Shown: in pieces, positions 1 through 9,486 of the stretch
Layout of the letters: each line of letters opens with the position of its first letter
Numbering within the stretch: the first letter of the stretch is position 1
Origin: an uncultured delta proteobacterium
Lineage (GTDB): Bacteria > Desulfobacterota > Syntrophia > Syntrophales > UBA2185
NCBI GenBank assembly: GCA_963695875.1
Contig: CAVOID010000009.1
Span: forward strand, 160,001 to 224,000
DNA: 64,000 bases
Reading direction: 5' to 3'
Program-made: the position numbers and the translations under genes
Notes under the pieces: model-generated
The model's database searches: none
What the model was told of the DNA's origin: nothing
The model's input: the letters and a program-made list of their open reading frames with translations, nothing else

Positions 1-1312
1 CATCACGAAGCCCGGTGTTTTCTTTATGGGCCTTCATTGCAATGCGGGCAGCCTTCTCATAGCCGATATGGGGTGTCAATGCGGTAACAAGCATCAGGGA
101 ATTTCTCATAAGGCTATCAATTCGAAGGCGGTCGGCTTCGATGCCTGCTGCACAGTTATCGTTGAAACTGATTATGCCGTCTGCAAGAAGACGGACACTT
201 TGCAGAAAGTTATAGATGATAAGCGGTTTAAAGACGTTCAGCTCGAAGTTTCCCATGGCGCCGCCCATGTTGATGGCCACATCATTCCCCATTACTTGAA
301 AGCAGAGCATCATCATCGCCTCTGACTGGGTAGGATTGACTTTGCCCGGCATGATTGAGCTCCCCGGTTCATTTTCGGGAATCTTCAGCTCCCCGATACC
401 TGATCGCGGTCCGGAAGCAAGCCAGCGAATGTCGTTGGCAATTTTTATCAATGAGGCGGCGAGGGTCTTGATAGCCCCATGCGCGTTAACGAGTGCGTCA
501 TGAGAGGCGATTGCCTTAAACTTGTTAGGCGCGCTTACAAACGGCAGGCCTGTGAATCCGGACAGCTCCGCTGCAACACGGGTTCCGAACTCTGGATGCG
601 CATTCAAACCCGTACCTATTGCAGTTCCTCCTATCGCCAGTTCATACAGATGAGGCAATGATGCTTCTATGTATGCTAAACTCTTATTCAACTGGGCAAC
701 ATAACCGGAGAATTCCTGTCCTAAGGTAAGTGGCACCGCATCCTGAAGATGTGTACGGCCGATCTTGATGATCTCATCAAACTGCGTCGCCTTACCATTC
801 AGCGTTTCCTTCAATATAAGGATGGCCGGCATGAGGCGGTGCGACAATGCCTTGACTGCTGAGATATGCATGGCCGTCGGGAAAACATCATTTGTTGATT
901 GGCATTTATTGACATCATCATTCGGGTGCACTTCGCGGGTTCGACCACGCTTGCCGCCGAGAATTTCGCTTGCGCGGTTGGCGAGGACTTCATTCATGTT
1001 CATATTAGTCTGCGTGCCGGAACCTGTCTGCCATACGAGAAGAGGGAACTCTTCATCGTACTTTCCCTCAATCACCTCGTCGGCGGCAGCGATGATAGCT
1101 CCGGCCTTTCCAACCTCCAGAAGGCCCAGTTCACGGTTCACCGCGGCTGCGGCCCTTTTGACCAGCGCCAGGGCATAAATCAAATCTGCCGGCATACGCT
1201 CGTTTGAAATCTTAAAGTTTTGCAGAGACCGCTGTGTCTGCGCACCCCATAGCCTCTCTGAAGGAACTTCGATGTTTCCGAACGTATCGTGTTCAATTCT
1301 CATCTTTGTCAT
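1..1312 (-). CDS. fumC: Class II fumarate hydratase (3' end runs off the window)
   Basis: Absent from the ORF track because it is truncated. Manual translation gives [62 protein letters not shown] and the signature [22 protein letters not shown] upstream. Confidence 0.95.
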   Translation of the reverse strand, partial: MTKMRIEHDTFGNIEVPSERLWGAQTQRSLQNFKISNERMPADLIYALALVKRAAAAVNRELGLLEVGKAGAIIAAADEVIEGKYDEEFPLLVWQTGSGTQTNMNMNEVLANRASEILGGKRGRTREVHPNDDVNKCQSTNDVFPTAMHISAVKALSHRLMPAILILKETLNGKATQFDEIIKIGRTHLQDAVPLTLGQEFSGYVAQLNKSLAYIEASLPHLYELAIGGTAIGTGLNAHPEFGTRVAAELSGFTGLPFVSAPNKFKAIASHDALVNAHGAIKTLAASLIKIANDIRWLASGPRSGIGELKIPENEPGSSIMPGKVNPTQSEAMMMLCFQVMGNDVAINMGGAMGNFELNVFKPLIIYNFLQSVRLLADGIISFNDNCAAGIEADRLRIDSLMRNSLMLVTALTPHIGYEKAARIAMKAHKENTGLRD

Positions 1313-1538
1313 TTTATTACAGACTCCATATCAACTTTTTTGTTTGCACTGGTTGTGGGATTCACAACGGCTTATATGTATCTATAATCATCAGCATTTA
1401 GATTGTAAATCAAAATTGAAGGAAAATAATGATATATTTTACACTTTTGTGAAATAAGCTTGAAGCCTTCCCTTCATCAATCGCGAGTTTTCTCAGAATA
1501 GAAACCATATTCTAATCTGCTGTTGACCTGGAGCGCAT

Positions 1539-1573
1539 CCCGCAAGCCAGGCCCTGTGGTCGGGGAGTTTCAC
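1539..1573 (-). repeat. Short palindromic end-like repeat (GTGAAACTCCCCGACCACAGGGCCTGGCTTGCGGG), related to 58049-58080
   Basis: Reverse complement resembles GTGAAGCTCCCCCCTTAGGGCGGGGCTTCCTG at 58049. Imperfect GC hairpin in intergenic DNA. Confidence 0.45.
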
Positions 1574-1657
1574 TATTTTAATTATAGAAAAGTTATTTGA
1601 CAATCAGCGGATAGTCCTTAAATTAATTTTGTATAATTCCTATTTAAGGAGGGTAAA

Positions 1658-2755
1658 GTGAAGGATCTCCTTTTAAGTTTGATATCACTTATATTCATAA
1701 TGGGATGTCAGAGTTCAGGCAGCGACCAACGGGAGGTGAAAAGTCAAATGAAGGAAATAAGTGTGACAACCCAAATAGCCACATTTGCCGGCGGCTGTTT
1801 CTGGTGTGTAGAGTCTGATTTTGAAAAAGTTCCGGGTGTAGAGAAGGTCATATCCGGCTATACAGGTGGAACCGGGGAGAATCCAACCTATGAAACGTAC
1901 GCGAAAAAAGGACATGTGGAAGCTGTGCAGATTTATTTCGACCCCTCAAAAGTAACCTATGAACAACTGCTCGATTACTTATGGAAGCATATCGACCCCA
2001 CAGACCAGGGAGGACAATTTGTCGACCGCGGTCCTCAATACAGAAGCGCGATATTCTATCATGACGAAGAACAGAAGCGGTTGGCGGAGAAGTCAAAGTC
2101 GGAAGTGGGCAAATCCGGACAGTTTTCCAAACCGATCGTGACGGAAATCATCAAATTCGACAAATTTTTTAATGCCGAGGAATATCACCAGGATTACTAC
2201 AAGAAAAATCCTATAAGATATAAATACTACAGACATGGATCGGGACGTGATCAGTTTTTGAAAAAGATATGGGGGGACGATCATGCCGGCGTCAAACCCG
2301 CCGCGGCTCAAGAATACAAAAAACCTGACGACATGACATTAAAGAAGGTATTGACCCCCATTCAATACAAAGTGACACAGCAGGAAGGTACAGAACCAGC
2401 CTTCCAAAATGAATTCTGGGACAATAAGAGAGAGGGCATCTATGTGGATGTAATTTCAGGTGAACCCCTTTTCAGCTCACTGGATAAATATGATTCAGGT
2501 ACAGGTTGGCCCAGTTTCACCAAATCCCTTGAACCTGATGATATAGTGGAAAAGGAGGACCGCGGCTTCTTCATGCGGCGCACGGAGGTCAGGAGCAAAC
2601 ATGCGGATTCACACCTCGGGCATGTCTTCCCGGACGGACCAAAACCAACAGGACTTAGGTATTGCATGAACTCAGCCGCTATGAGATTCATACCCAAGGA
2701 GGATCTGGAAAAAGAAGGTTACGGCAAGTATTTAGAATTATTTAGTCGGAAGTAA
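1658..2755 (+). CDS. msrAB: Bifunctional peptide-methionine sulfoxide reductase MsrA/MsrB with lipoprotein signal
   Basis: MsrA motifs FAGGCFWC and AEEYHQDYY. MsrB motifs [21 protein letters not shown] and RYCMNS. N-terminal lipobox IMGC. Confidence 0.96.
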   Translation: MKDLLLSLISLIFIMGCQSSGSDQREVKSQMKEISVTTQIATFAGGCFWCVESDFEKVPGVEKVISGYTGGTGENPTYETYAKKGHVEAVQIYFDPSKVTYEQLLDYLWKHIDPTDQGGQFVDRGPQYRSAIFYHDEEQKRLAEKSKSEVGKSGQFSKPIVTEIIKFDKFFNAEEYHQDYYKKNPIRYKYYRHGSGRDQFLKKIWGDDHAGVKPAAAQEYKKPDDMTLKKVLTPIQYKVTQQEGTEPAFQNEFWDNKREGIYVDVISGEPLFSSLDKYDSGTGWPSFTKSLEPDDIVEKEDRGFFMRRTEVRSKHADSHLGHVFPDGPKPTGLRYCMNSAAMRFIPKEDLEKEGYGKYLELFSRK

Positions 2756-2770
2756 TATCAAATCTTGAGT

Positions 2771-2803
2771 GGTTAACCGCAGCAGGTTAACCCCTTATTT
2801 TTT
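2771..2803 (+). terminator. Intrinsic terminator after msrAB
   Basis: GGTTAACC-gcagca-GGTTAACC hairpin followed by a T-rich tract. Confidence 0.6.
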
Positions 2804-2860
2804 GGAGGATCAGAAGATGGCGAGCACTATTCTTTCGGCAATTGATGAGAAAGATGACAG

Positions 2861-3208
2861 CTATCTTTTCAACTTATGCGTCATATAATCAATTATGGCT
2901 TTTATTTCATCAGGCTTTAAGAAATCTATCTGCGCGTGCATTACTCCCTTGCCTTTTTGCATTACCTGAGTGATTTTCTGCTCGTCAAGCCCCTTCCATG
3001 AGTCGGGGTCGGTGAAATCCTTCGGTCTGAATTGCATATAATAGGCAGAAGGGTAATTATCATCTCCTTTTAGATGATGGCAGAACTGGCAATTCTTTTT
3101 GAACAGGGTTTCCCCCGCACTGTATTCATCACTTTTGACAATCGCGGTAAAAATAAGTAAAATTCCAAAAATCAGCACTGCTGAACCAATGATAAGACCC
3201 TTATTCAT
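2861..3208 (-). CDS. Monoheme class I cytochrome c
   Basis: N-terminal hydrophobic segment, GETLFKKNCQFCH (CxxCH), distal Met in GKGVMHA. Start set at MNKGL after a GG-rich RBS. Confidence 0.85.
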   Translation of the reverse strand: MNKGLIIGSAVLIFGILLIFTAIVKSDEYSAGETLFKKNCQFCHHLKGDDNYPSAYYMQFRPKDFTDPDSWKGLDEQKITQVMQKGKGVMHAQIDFLKPDEIKAIIDYMTHKLKR

Positions 3209-3509
3209 AAAATACCCCCTTTCCGATTTCTCACGGAAACGCCTCAATCCTTTATTAATTTTATTATCAGGTTGAGGTTAAGTCAAGACATTAATAAATT
3301 ACGAGCGAAGGCGAAATTTATGCCCAAGTCGTTTATATAGTCCCTTTCAATCGGTAATCCACAAGCCCAATCAAATGAAATCCATATTGCACTGCTACCT
3401 GAGAACACCTACAATTCTTTATGACCACTATGCGTTGAAATGTAAAATTACGATATGAAAGTCAAGATGTTCACATGAGGAAGACGTTTGCTGAGGATTG
3501 ATTCATAGA

Positions 3510-3701
3510 GTCGGAATTCTTTACAAAAGGAAAATTGATGTAACACATTGTTACAATGCATTATTTTAAAATATTCTCTTAAGACTTATTAAAACCGTCG
3601 ATATCCTTTACAAAAGAAAAAGTAATGTAAAATATTGTAATACAACATATTATTTTAACATATTCTCTTAAGCTTTATTAAAACCGTCGGGATCCTTTAC
3701 A
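3510..3701. repeat. ~88 bp tandem duplication (2.2 units) carrying three GTCG-N6-TTTACA boxes, putative PrsR-type enhancers
   Basis: GTCGGAATTCTTTACA (3510), GTCGATATCCTTTACA (3597) and GTCGGGATCCTTTACA (3686), with periods of 87 and 89 bp. Intervening sequence is also duplicated. Confidence 0.85.
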
Positions 3702-3811
3702 TTTCTAATATCCTCATATGTAACTGTATCGTGTACTATAGCTGACCATATTGGAAAATCAATTTATATTCTAACTAGTTATCGTAGATCAATAAATGTA
3801 TATGACCATTC

Positions 3812-3826
3812 TGGCATATATTGTGC
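3812..3826 (+). promoter_or_regulatory. Sigma54 (-24/-12) promoter of the PEP-CTERM gene
   Basis: TGGCATATATTGTGC matches GG-N10-GC and lies ~55 bp upstream of the ATG at 3880. Confidence 0.75.
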
Positions 3827-3879
3827 GTATATATAAATTAGTAAAGTTTATGAATATGAAGAATAGGGATGGTGTGAAA

Positions 3880-4080
3880 ATGAAAAGATACATAACAATC
3901 GCCATTATAGTACTATCCCTGTTTGTATCCGGATGTAATGATGATAAAGACAAACAGGCAAACAATCCCGGAGGGTCCTCTACTGTAACTGTTACGGCTG
4001 TACCTGAGCCATCGACCATGCTTCTTCTTGGACTTGGTCTGATGGGATTGGCAGGGGTCAGAAGAAAGTTTAAGAATTAA
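3880..4080 (+). CDS. Very small PEP-CTERM sorting-domain protein with lipoprotein signal peptide
   Basis: MKRYITIAIIVLSLFVSGC (lipobox) followed by VPEPSTMLLLGLGLMGLAGVRRKFKN (PEP, transmembrane helix, basic tail). Confidence 0.9.
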   Translation: MKRYITIAIIVLSLFVSGCNDDKDKQANNPGGSSTVTVTAVPEPSTMLLLGLGLMGLAGVRRKFKN

Positions 4081-4104
4081 ATTCTAAGTAATATTTCTGA
4101 AAGC

Positions 4105-4135
4105 AAGGCAGGGTCATAAGTAGCTCTGCCTTTTT
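4105..4135 (+). terminator. Intrinsic terminator after the PEP-CTERM gene
   Basis: AAGGCAGGG...CTCTGCCTT stem followed by a T tract. Confidence 0.75.
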
Positions 4136-4497
4136 AACCATAAGACATCTTCGATCCAGATAAATACTGATTCTGATAATTGAGGAATACCGTGCTGTGG
4201 AAAAAGCCTGAAGAACTTTTGCATCTTCAAGGAAAAGAGATAACACCGGTAATCAGAAAGCTGAACGCCTTCACCGAAAAGGTACGGGAAGACATAGAAA
4301 AGAAAAGGATAAGCGAAGCTGATGGGCAAAAGCTTATCTTAAAGGCCAGCATCGTGGTTAGCATGTTGACGACAACATAAACTTTGCTTCATATTAAATT
4401 TTACTCTCCGATTTCGGTATAGTCATTTTTATTCTCCTGTAGTTTTGTTTTGGTTGGATGTGTTCGTAGTTACTATTGTTTTCCTATAAGGTGAAAC

Positions 4498-4737
4498 ATG
4501 GACATTAGACCTCCAATCGTCCAAATCCCTATTTTCGCTCTTACTAAGTATCAGCGATCCCAGATACTGCAACGTATTACCATCCCTTCCTCACCGGTTT
4601 TCCATCATGATATTATCGATTGTGTCGAAGTAGAGGCGGGCAAGCATTCGGCGGCAAACCCACAAATCGTCAGTTACAAATCTTTAAGCCACCATCTCAT
4701 AAAGGAAAAAGGAACATTCATAGATATACGGATTTGA
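4498..4737 (+). CDS. Small hypothetical protein ending KGTFIDIRI; paralog of 52647-52856
   Basis: AAGGTG RBS. Protein-level similarity to the 52647 ORF. Confidence 0.65.
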   Translation: MDIRPPIVQIPIFALTKYQRSQILQRITIPSSPVFHHDIIDCVEVEAGKHSAANPQIVSYKSLSHHLIKEKGTFIDIRI

Positions 4738-4888
4738 TGTCTGTATCCACTATTTGAATTGTAAGAAGCGTCTTCCAAAATAATTATTTTTCCGCCAGAT
4801 CGATACAGGAGCGTATCGAGGCTTATCGGCAAGGAATTGGGTCTCGACTAGTGGGAACCATTCCCGTCGCACGGAAAAGGAGGTAGCT

Positions 4889-5203
4889 ATGAAGAAATTC
4901 GAATATACGGTAATTACTTTTGCTCTATGCATTATGAGCATTTTCGCCGGTTTTATTATTGAGAGCAGTTGGCACAAGTTCGATGTGGAGTTATTTGATG
5001 CTTCTAAATGGGAGCATAGACTTTATCAGGATCTTCTTCGAGATAAGATGGAATATCACGGTATTGATGTGAAATCGAAACTTCTTGGGGGCGAGGCCGC
5101 CATGATCTGGTATGAAGACGGCCAATGGTGGTATATGGAAGCAAAAAGTAAAGAAAAGAGGGCGTTCATTAAGCGTCTGAAGACGAAGAAGATAGGTGTA
5201 TGA
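4889..5203 (+). CDS. Hypothetical protein with one N-terminal transmembrane segment
   Basis: Strong AAGGAGGT RBS and hydrophobic N-terminus. No family recognised. Confidence 0.7.
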   Translation: MKKFEYTVITFALCIMSIFAGFIIESSWHKFDVELFDASKWEHRLYQDLLRDKMEYHGIDVKSKLLGGEAAMIWYEDGQWWYMEAKSKEKRAFIKRLKTKKIGV

Positions 5204-5746
5204 AGATTAAGGATTACTGATTGTACTATTGAACTTGATGCAGATGTTGTATTTTGAGGACTTCAGGAAGGTTTCAATAAAGAGCCGTATTAAGATTATT
5301 CATAAGCGGTCATCCGACCAATCGCTGTCTGCACCGACAACTGTTCAGAAGTCGTCATTCATCAAAACTGAGCATTAGGGATCGCAATAGATAGACAAAG
5401 GAAATATTTTTTGGAAAGTGTTACTCTTAATACCAGCTCCAGTCGCTGGATTTGCACGTGAAAGGCCATCAGCCGTTATGACGATATTAGTATTTGATAT
5501 GGCACCAATAAGTGGCGTCATCACGACTCATTTCTGATGCCAACAGTGGCCGGTCAAATTATGATGGATTTGGACGAGATGCATCTGATAACAATACCCT
5601 CTATTTTCTCGTCTGGCTTGTTTATTGATATGTGCATCGTTTGAAGTGCTTATATGGTAATAACTGAATGAAATGTTGTATTGATAGGTGAAACTGGAAA
5701 AACGGCATAACAGGAAGGAACGGAATTCGGACTGATAACATTGAAA

Positions 5747-6649
5747 CTAAATATTGATTCCTGTCCCAAAGGCGAGAGAAAATAGAATAGTGATCAACGC
5801 CAGCTTCTTTAGTTCCTTATCAAATGAGGGCAGGTTCTGAAAATGAAAAATATGCAACAAATGTTTTGTAAGGGGAATGAGTATGAAAACGAATAGATAA
5901 CCCAGGTAATGAATGTGGTTCACAAACATATAAAGTAAAGAAGTCATCAAGGCGGTTGCTAAAAGCGCCATGTGGTAATATTTCGCTTTTGACACCCCGA
6001 TCTTTACTACTACCGTATTCTTTCCTGCGGCCTTGTCATTGACATGATCACGCATATTATTGATGTTTAACACTCCCACACTCAACGCTCCAATTGAGAT
6101 AGCCGGAAGAAAGATATCGGTCGTAATTTCTCCTGCATATAAATAATAGGTGCCTGCAACACTTAATAAACCAAAAAACACAAAAACCGACAAATCGCCC
6201 CATCCGGAATAACCATAAGGATTTTTCCCTATGGTATATGTCAAAGCAGCCCATATCGCCAGGATCCCCAGTATGAGAAGAACAAAAAAAGAAACAGAAA
6301 ACAGCGCCAGATGAGAAATCAACAAGAGGGATACCCCCGATACAAAAGCCATAGCTGCAAACAACAAAATCATTCTTTTCATTTCCTTAGCGGAAATGAC
6401 ACCGCTCTGAACCATTCTTTCAGGTCCAACCCGGTCCAGGTTGTCAGCGCCGTTCTGGTTGTCGCCATAATCGTTAGCCAGATTAGATAAAATCTGCAGG
6501 AAAAGTGTAGTAGTCAAAGCTAAGAAGAATATTTTCCAGTCGAATACCGATTTTGATAATGCAATCAGGCTTCCGGTGATCACCCCGGAAACTGATAAAG
6601 GTAGGGTACGTAGCCGGAAGGCCGTTATCCATGCTTTTGTCTTAGTCAT
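5747..6649 (-). CDS. menA: 1,4-dihydroxy-2-naphthoate octaprenyltransferase
   Basis: AFRLRTLPLS, LQILSNLANDYGD, YTIGKNPYGYSGWGD and LNINNMRD..ND...GKNT UbiA/MenA motifs. Start set at MTKTKAW. Confidence 0.9.
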   Translation of the reverse strand: MTKTKAWITAFRLRTLPLSVSGVITGSLIALSKSVFDWKIFFLALTTTLFLQILSNLANDYGDNQNGADNLDRVGPERMVQSGVISAKEMKRMILLFAAMAFVSGVSLLLISHLALFSVSFFVLLILGILAIWAALTYTIGKNPYGYSGWGDLSVFVFFGLLSVAGTYYLYAGEITTDIFLPAISIGALSVGVLNINNMRDHVNDKAAGKNTVVVKIGVSKAKYYHMALLATALMTSLLYMFVNHIHYLGYLFVFILIPLTKHLLHIFHFQNLPSFDKELKKLALITILFSLAFGTGINI

Positions 6650-6786
6650 ATTTTTATTTGATAAAACTCGTTTTTCTGTCGTGGAAGTATAGGGAAGAGT
6701 GAGTTGTGTGTCAAGAAAAAGTGGCCGCAATGATTGGCTTCACAAATCGAGAAGTATCGACGGTGTGGAAGGTGAGAATTTTTGAA

Positions 6787-7974
6787 TCAGCCTTTCAGAT
6801 CCTTCCCGAAGATCCAGAAATAGATGGTACCGATCAACCCGCAGACAGTAGCCGTGATGAGGTTTATTTCGGGGGAAATCTGCCAGAGAAAGGCGCCTGC
6901 AAAGGCGGCAGCGGAGACGATCACATCCCGGATAAGGTAGTACAGTCCAAACATTCCCGCCTTTTTGTCTTCCGGTGCAAGGTCCATGATCAGGGCTTTA
7001 CGTGTTGGTTCTCCGAACTCCTTCATTCCCCGAATGATGAAAGCGATGACCATGGCCCAGAAGGAGTGCGAAAAGAGCAGGACCAGGGGGAAAAGCGTGA
7101 AGTTAAAAAAGGTGATGACCACAAAGGGCTTCTTTGTTGTCCGATCAGCCATATAGGCCACGGGGATGTATACCAGGACCGCCGTAGCCATCTCGATGGT
7201 AGTGAGAATCCCGAATTGCACCGGCGTAATGCCGTTATCCTTGATGCACCACACGACCACAAATGCGTAAGGAATCTGCTCCGCGAAACGGATCAGGATA
7301 TCCGACGTGAGCAGTTGTTTAAGGGCGGGGGCCATGGAGCGCCAAAGCCGAGAAGGCGTCGATGCTGCATTATTCCGTTGGACATCGTCCTCGATCATCA
7401 CCTGCTGGAAAAAGAGAGATATCAGGCCAAGCAGCAAGGCGCCGGCAAAGGCCATTCGCACACCGTCCTTCTCTCCATACAGTTCTATGAGAACGCCACC
7501 GATGATCGGACCCAATGCCATTGGAATCCGCCGTACCAAGGAATGCATGGTCACCCCCATGGTCCGTTTACTCTCCGGCAGGACCCCTGATACCAGGCTC
7601 ATAGTGGCAGGAAGGGAGATTGCTGACCAGGATAGAAAAAACAGGGACCCGATAATAACTGCCTGCCAGTAAGGGAAGAGGATAACGATGAGGTAACCAA
7701 ACATGGCGATAAGGTTGAAGACGATCAGGGCCTTCTTGTAGCCAAGGCGATCACTCAAATAGCCGCCGGGAAAAGAATAAAGCGCCGATAGCAGGTTCTG
7801 CATACCATTGAGGAGTCCAATGGATAGGACGCCACCGCCCAGGGCCAACAGGTAGATGGGCAGGAAACGCTCAGCTAATCGTTCGCCAAGCCCTACGAAG
7901 ATCACCATGGCCAGCAAGGCCACTATGCTCCGCTTCAGACCGAGGAAATCAATGATTCGAGTTTGCCAACTCAT
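6787..7974 (-). CDS. MFS transporter
   Basis: About 12 hydrophobic segments and MFS motif A (GYLSDRLGYKK). Confidence 0.9.
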   Translation of the reverse strand: MSWQTRIIDFLGLKRSIVALLAMVIFVGLGERLAERFLPIYLLALGGGVLSIGLLNGMQNLLSALYSFPGGYLSDRLGYKKALIVFNLIAMFGYLIVILFPYWQAVIIGSLFFLSWSAISLPATMSLVSGVLPESKRTMGVTMHSLVRRIPMALGPIIGGVLIELYGEKDGVRMAFAGALLLGLISLFFQQVMIEDDVQRNNAASTPSRLWRSMAPALKQLLTSDILIRFAEQIPYAFVVVWCIKDNGITPVQFGILTTIEMATAVLVYIPVAYMADRTTKKPFVVITFFNFTLFPLVLLFSHSFWAMVIAFIIRGMKEFGEPTRKALIMDLAPEDKKAGMFGLYYLIRDVIVSAAAFAGAFLWQISPEINLITATVCGLIGTIYFWIFGKDLKG

Positions 7975-8240
7975 CCGTTGAATAAATCGTCACTTTCCAG
8001 GGAAGGATTGGTGTTTCGTGTATTATTCTTTCTTGGAACTCGACGACTATCAAGTGTAATCTTCTGTTTTGGCCAGAAGGACCTCTTTCGGCATTTCAGG
8101 AAGATATATAGTCGAAGACACTCCCTACAACTAATGATTCTCGGTTGAATGAAAGAATAAGCAAGACATCATCAGGTAGCAACTGTCGAGCTATGAGCAT
8201 CCTGATTGGAGCCTTTCACAAAGCTATTTCTCTTGATCCT

Positions 8241-8507
8241 TCACTCTATGCACTTTCCGATTACAAATGGCCAGTGGAGTTCGCAGGGGATTCCCATCAT
8301 CAGCCAGGCATTGCGGGTGTCCAATTCCTCGTTGATGCGCTCTTTGATCGTTTTAACGATTCCGTCGTCACAGCATACTTCCATCAAATAGGGCAATTCT
8401 TCAATCACATCGGGCGGGGTACCGCCTATTTCCTGGCGATAAAAGTCACAGGCCTCTTCTGCGATGTCGGCGGCAATGACCATTTTGTGAATTCTGTATG
8501 CCTGCAT
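8241..8507 (-). CDS. Small hypothetical protein
   Basis: ORF from MQAYRIHK. A sigma70-like promoter lies upstream on the same strand. No family recognised. Confidence 0.5.
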   Translation of the reverse strand: MQAYRIHKMVIAADIAEEACDFYRQEIGGTPPDVIEELPYLMEVCCDDGIVKTIKERINEELDTRNAWLMMGIPCELHWPFVIGKCIE

Positions 8508-8631
8508 GTCTGTTCCGTTGTCCTTAGTAGGCCCTGCTGCGGATAAAGCGAATAGCTTTTTTGAAACCGGCCAATCCCATTCCTTTTTCAGAAAGCTTTT
8601 CAGGGAGAGCAACTGGCTGATATGGGAAAAA

Positions 8632-8658
8632 TACTGTTAGTACTGTTAGTACTGTTAG
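8632..8658. repeat. Perfect 9-bp tandem repeat (TACTGTTAG) x3
   Basis: Read directly from the sequence. Confidence 0.9.
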
Positions 8659-8777
8659 GGCTAAGGGAGAGAATCTTCAGAGATCATCTCTCAAAAAATT
8701 CAGCAGTTGCTGCCCAAACGCCGTCATGTCGCCGATCTGTTAATCGTTTTGATAAGAACTTGTTTCTGTGAGGTGTA

Positions 8778-8806
8778 AGCATACGATGGACGACTTTGTA
8801 TGTCAA
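8778..8806 (-). promoter_or_regulatory. Sigma70-like promoter
   Basis: TTGACA-N17-TATGCT on the minus strand. Confidence 0.55.
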
Positions 8807-8887
8807 TCAAATCATGACCGTTTGAAATAGCCCGATTGGGAAATGCAAGAATATGCCCAGTGCGACCGAATCCCCTGAATTCTTAGC

Positions 8888-9430
8888 CTAACCGCAGGAA
8901 CATGATGAGGCGCCATTGGGGTTTGAAGAGATGGGGCAACATAGTTCTTGCATATCGGATTCAAAACTACCGACCTTGTCAGAAATCTCCTGATCGGAAA
9001 AAGCTCCGGCATTTTTTCGGACCATTTTAGCCAGGGAAATGCACATTTGCATCTGATCAGGTTTTATGCCATACTTTTTTGTTTTCTGTATTTCTGAAAG
9101 AACATCCGGAGCAGAGTTGGCAGCCACAAACGAAGCAATTCGTATTAGTGATGCAAGCTTTTGCGTAAATTTCTCAGTGACCATTGTATTATCCGCTTTA
9201 TCGTCGCCGATGAGAGATGAAATTTTTGCTTTCATTGTCTTAACAGCTTCGGCCTTTGCATCAAGCCCCAAATCAAAGGCCTTTAACATTTCATTTTCAG
9301 GAATCTTCAGGGATAAGGCAGTCTCGTATAGTTTGTCGGCACATGTTCGGCACCCTGCACCCATGGCAGCTCCCATGGCGATAAGATTCTTTTCCTGATT
9401 AGTTAAATGATCTTCCTGATTCTTATTCAT
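8888..9430 (-). CDS. Carboxymuconolactone decarboxylase/AhpD-like protein with a Cys-rich tail
   Basis: LTNQEKNLIAMGAAMGAGCRTC fits the CMD/AhpD pattern. A second degenerate repeat follows. Tail is CCP...SSCSCG. Confidence 0.7.
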   Translation of the reverse strand: MNKNQEDHLTNQEKNLIAMGAAMGAGCRTCADKLYETALSLKIPENEMLKAFDLGLDAKAEAVKTMKAKISSLIGDDKADNTMVTEKFTQKLASLIRIASFVAANSAPDVLSEIQKTKKYGIKPDQMQMCISLAKMVRKNAGAFSDQEISDKVGSFESDMQELCCPISSNPNGASSCSCG

Positions 9431-9486
9431 AGTTCCGTCCCCCTTCTGTTTAATTTTTTTTCAGGTTTTGTCTTTTTACACCCTTA

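Noticed and set aside
3510..3701. Possible CRISPR array
   Set aside because: The spacers are copies of each other, there are only about two units and no cas genes. It is a tandem duplication.
4180..4380. 66-aa ORF after the PEP-CTERM terminator
   Set aside because: TTG start without an RBS and no motif. It may be a gene fragment but cannot be supported.
6706..7590. 294-aa plus-strand ORF
   Set aside because: Antisense shadow of the MFS gene with no motifs. The same applies to 38887-39699 and 47897-48886.
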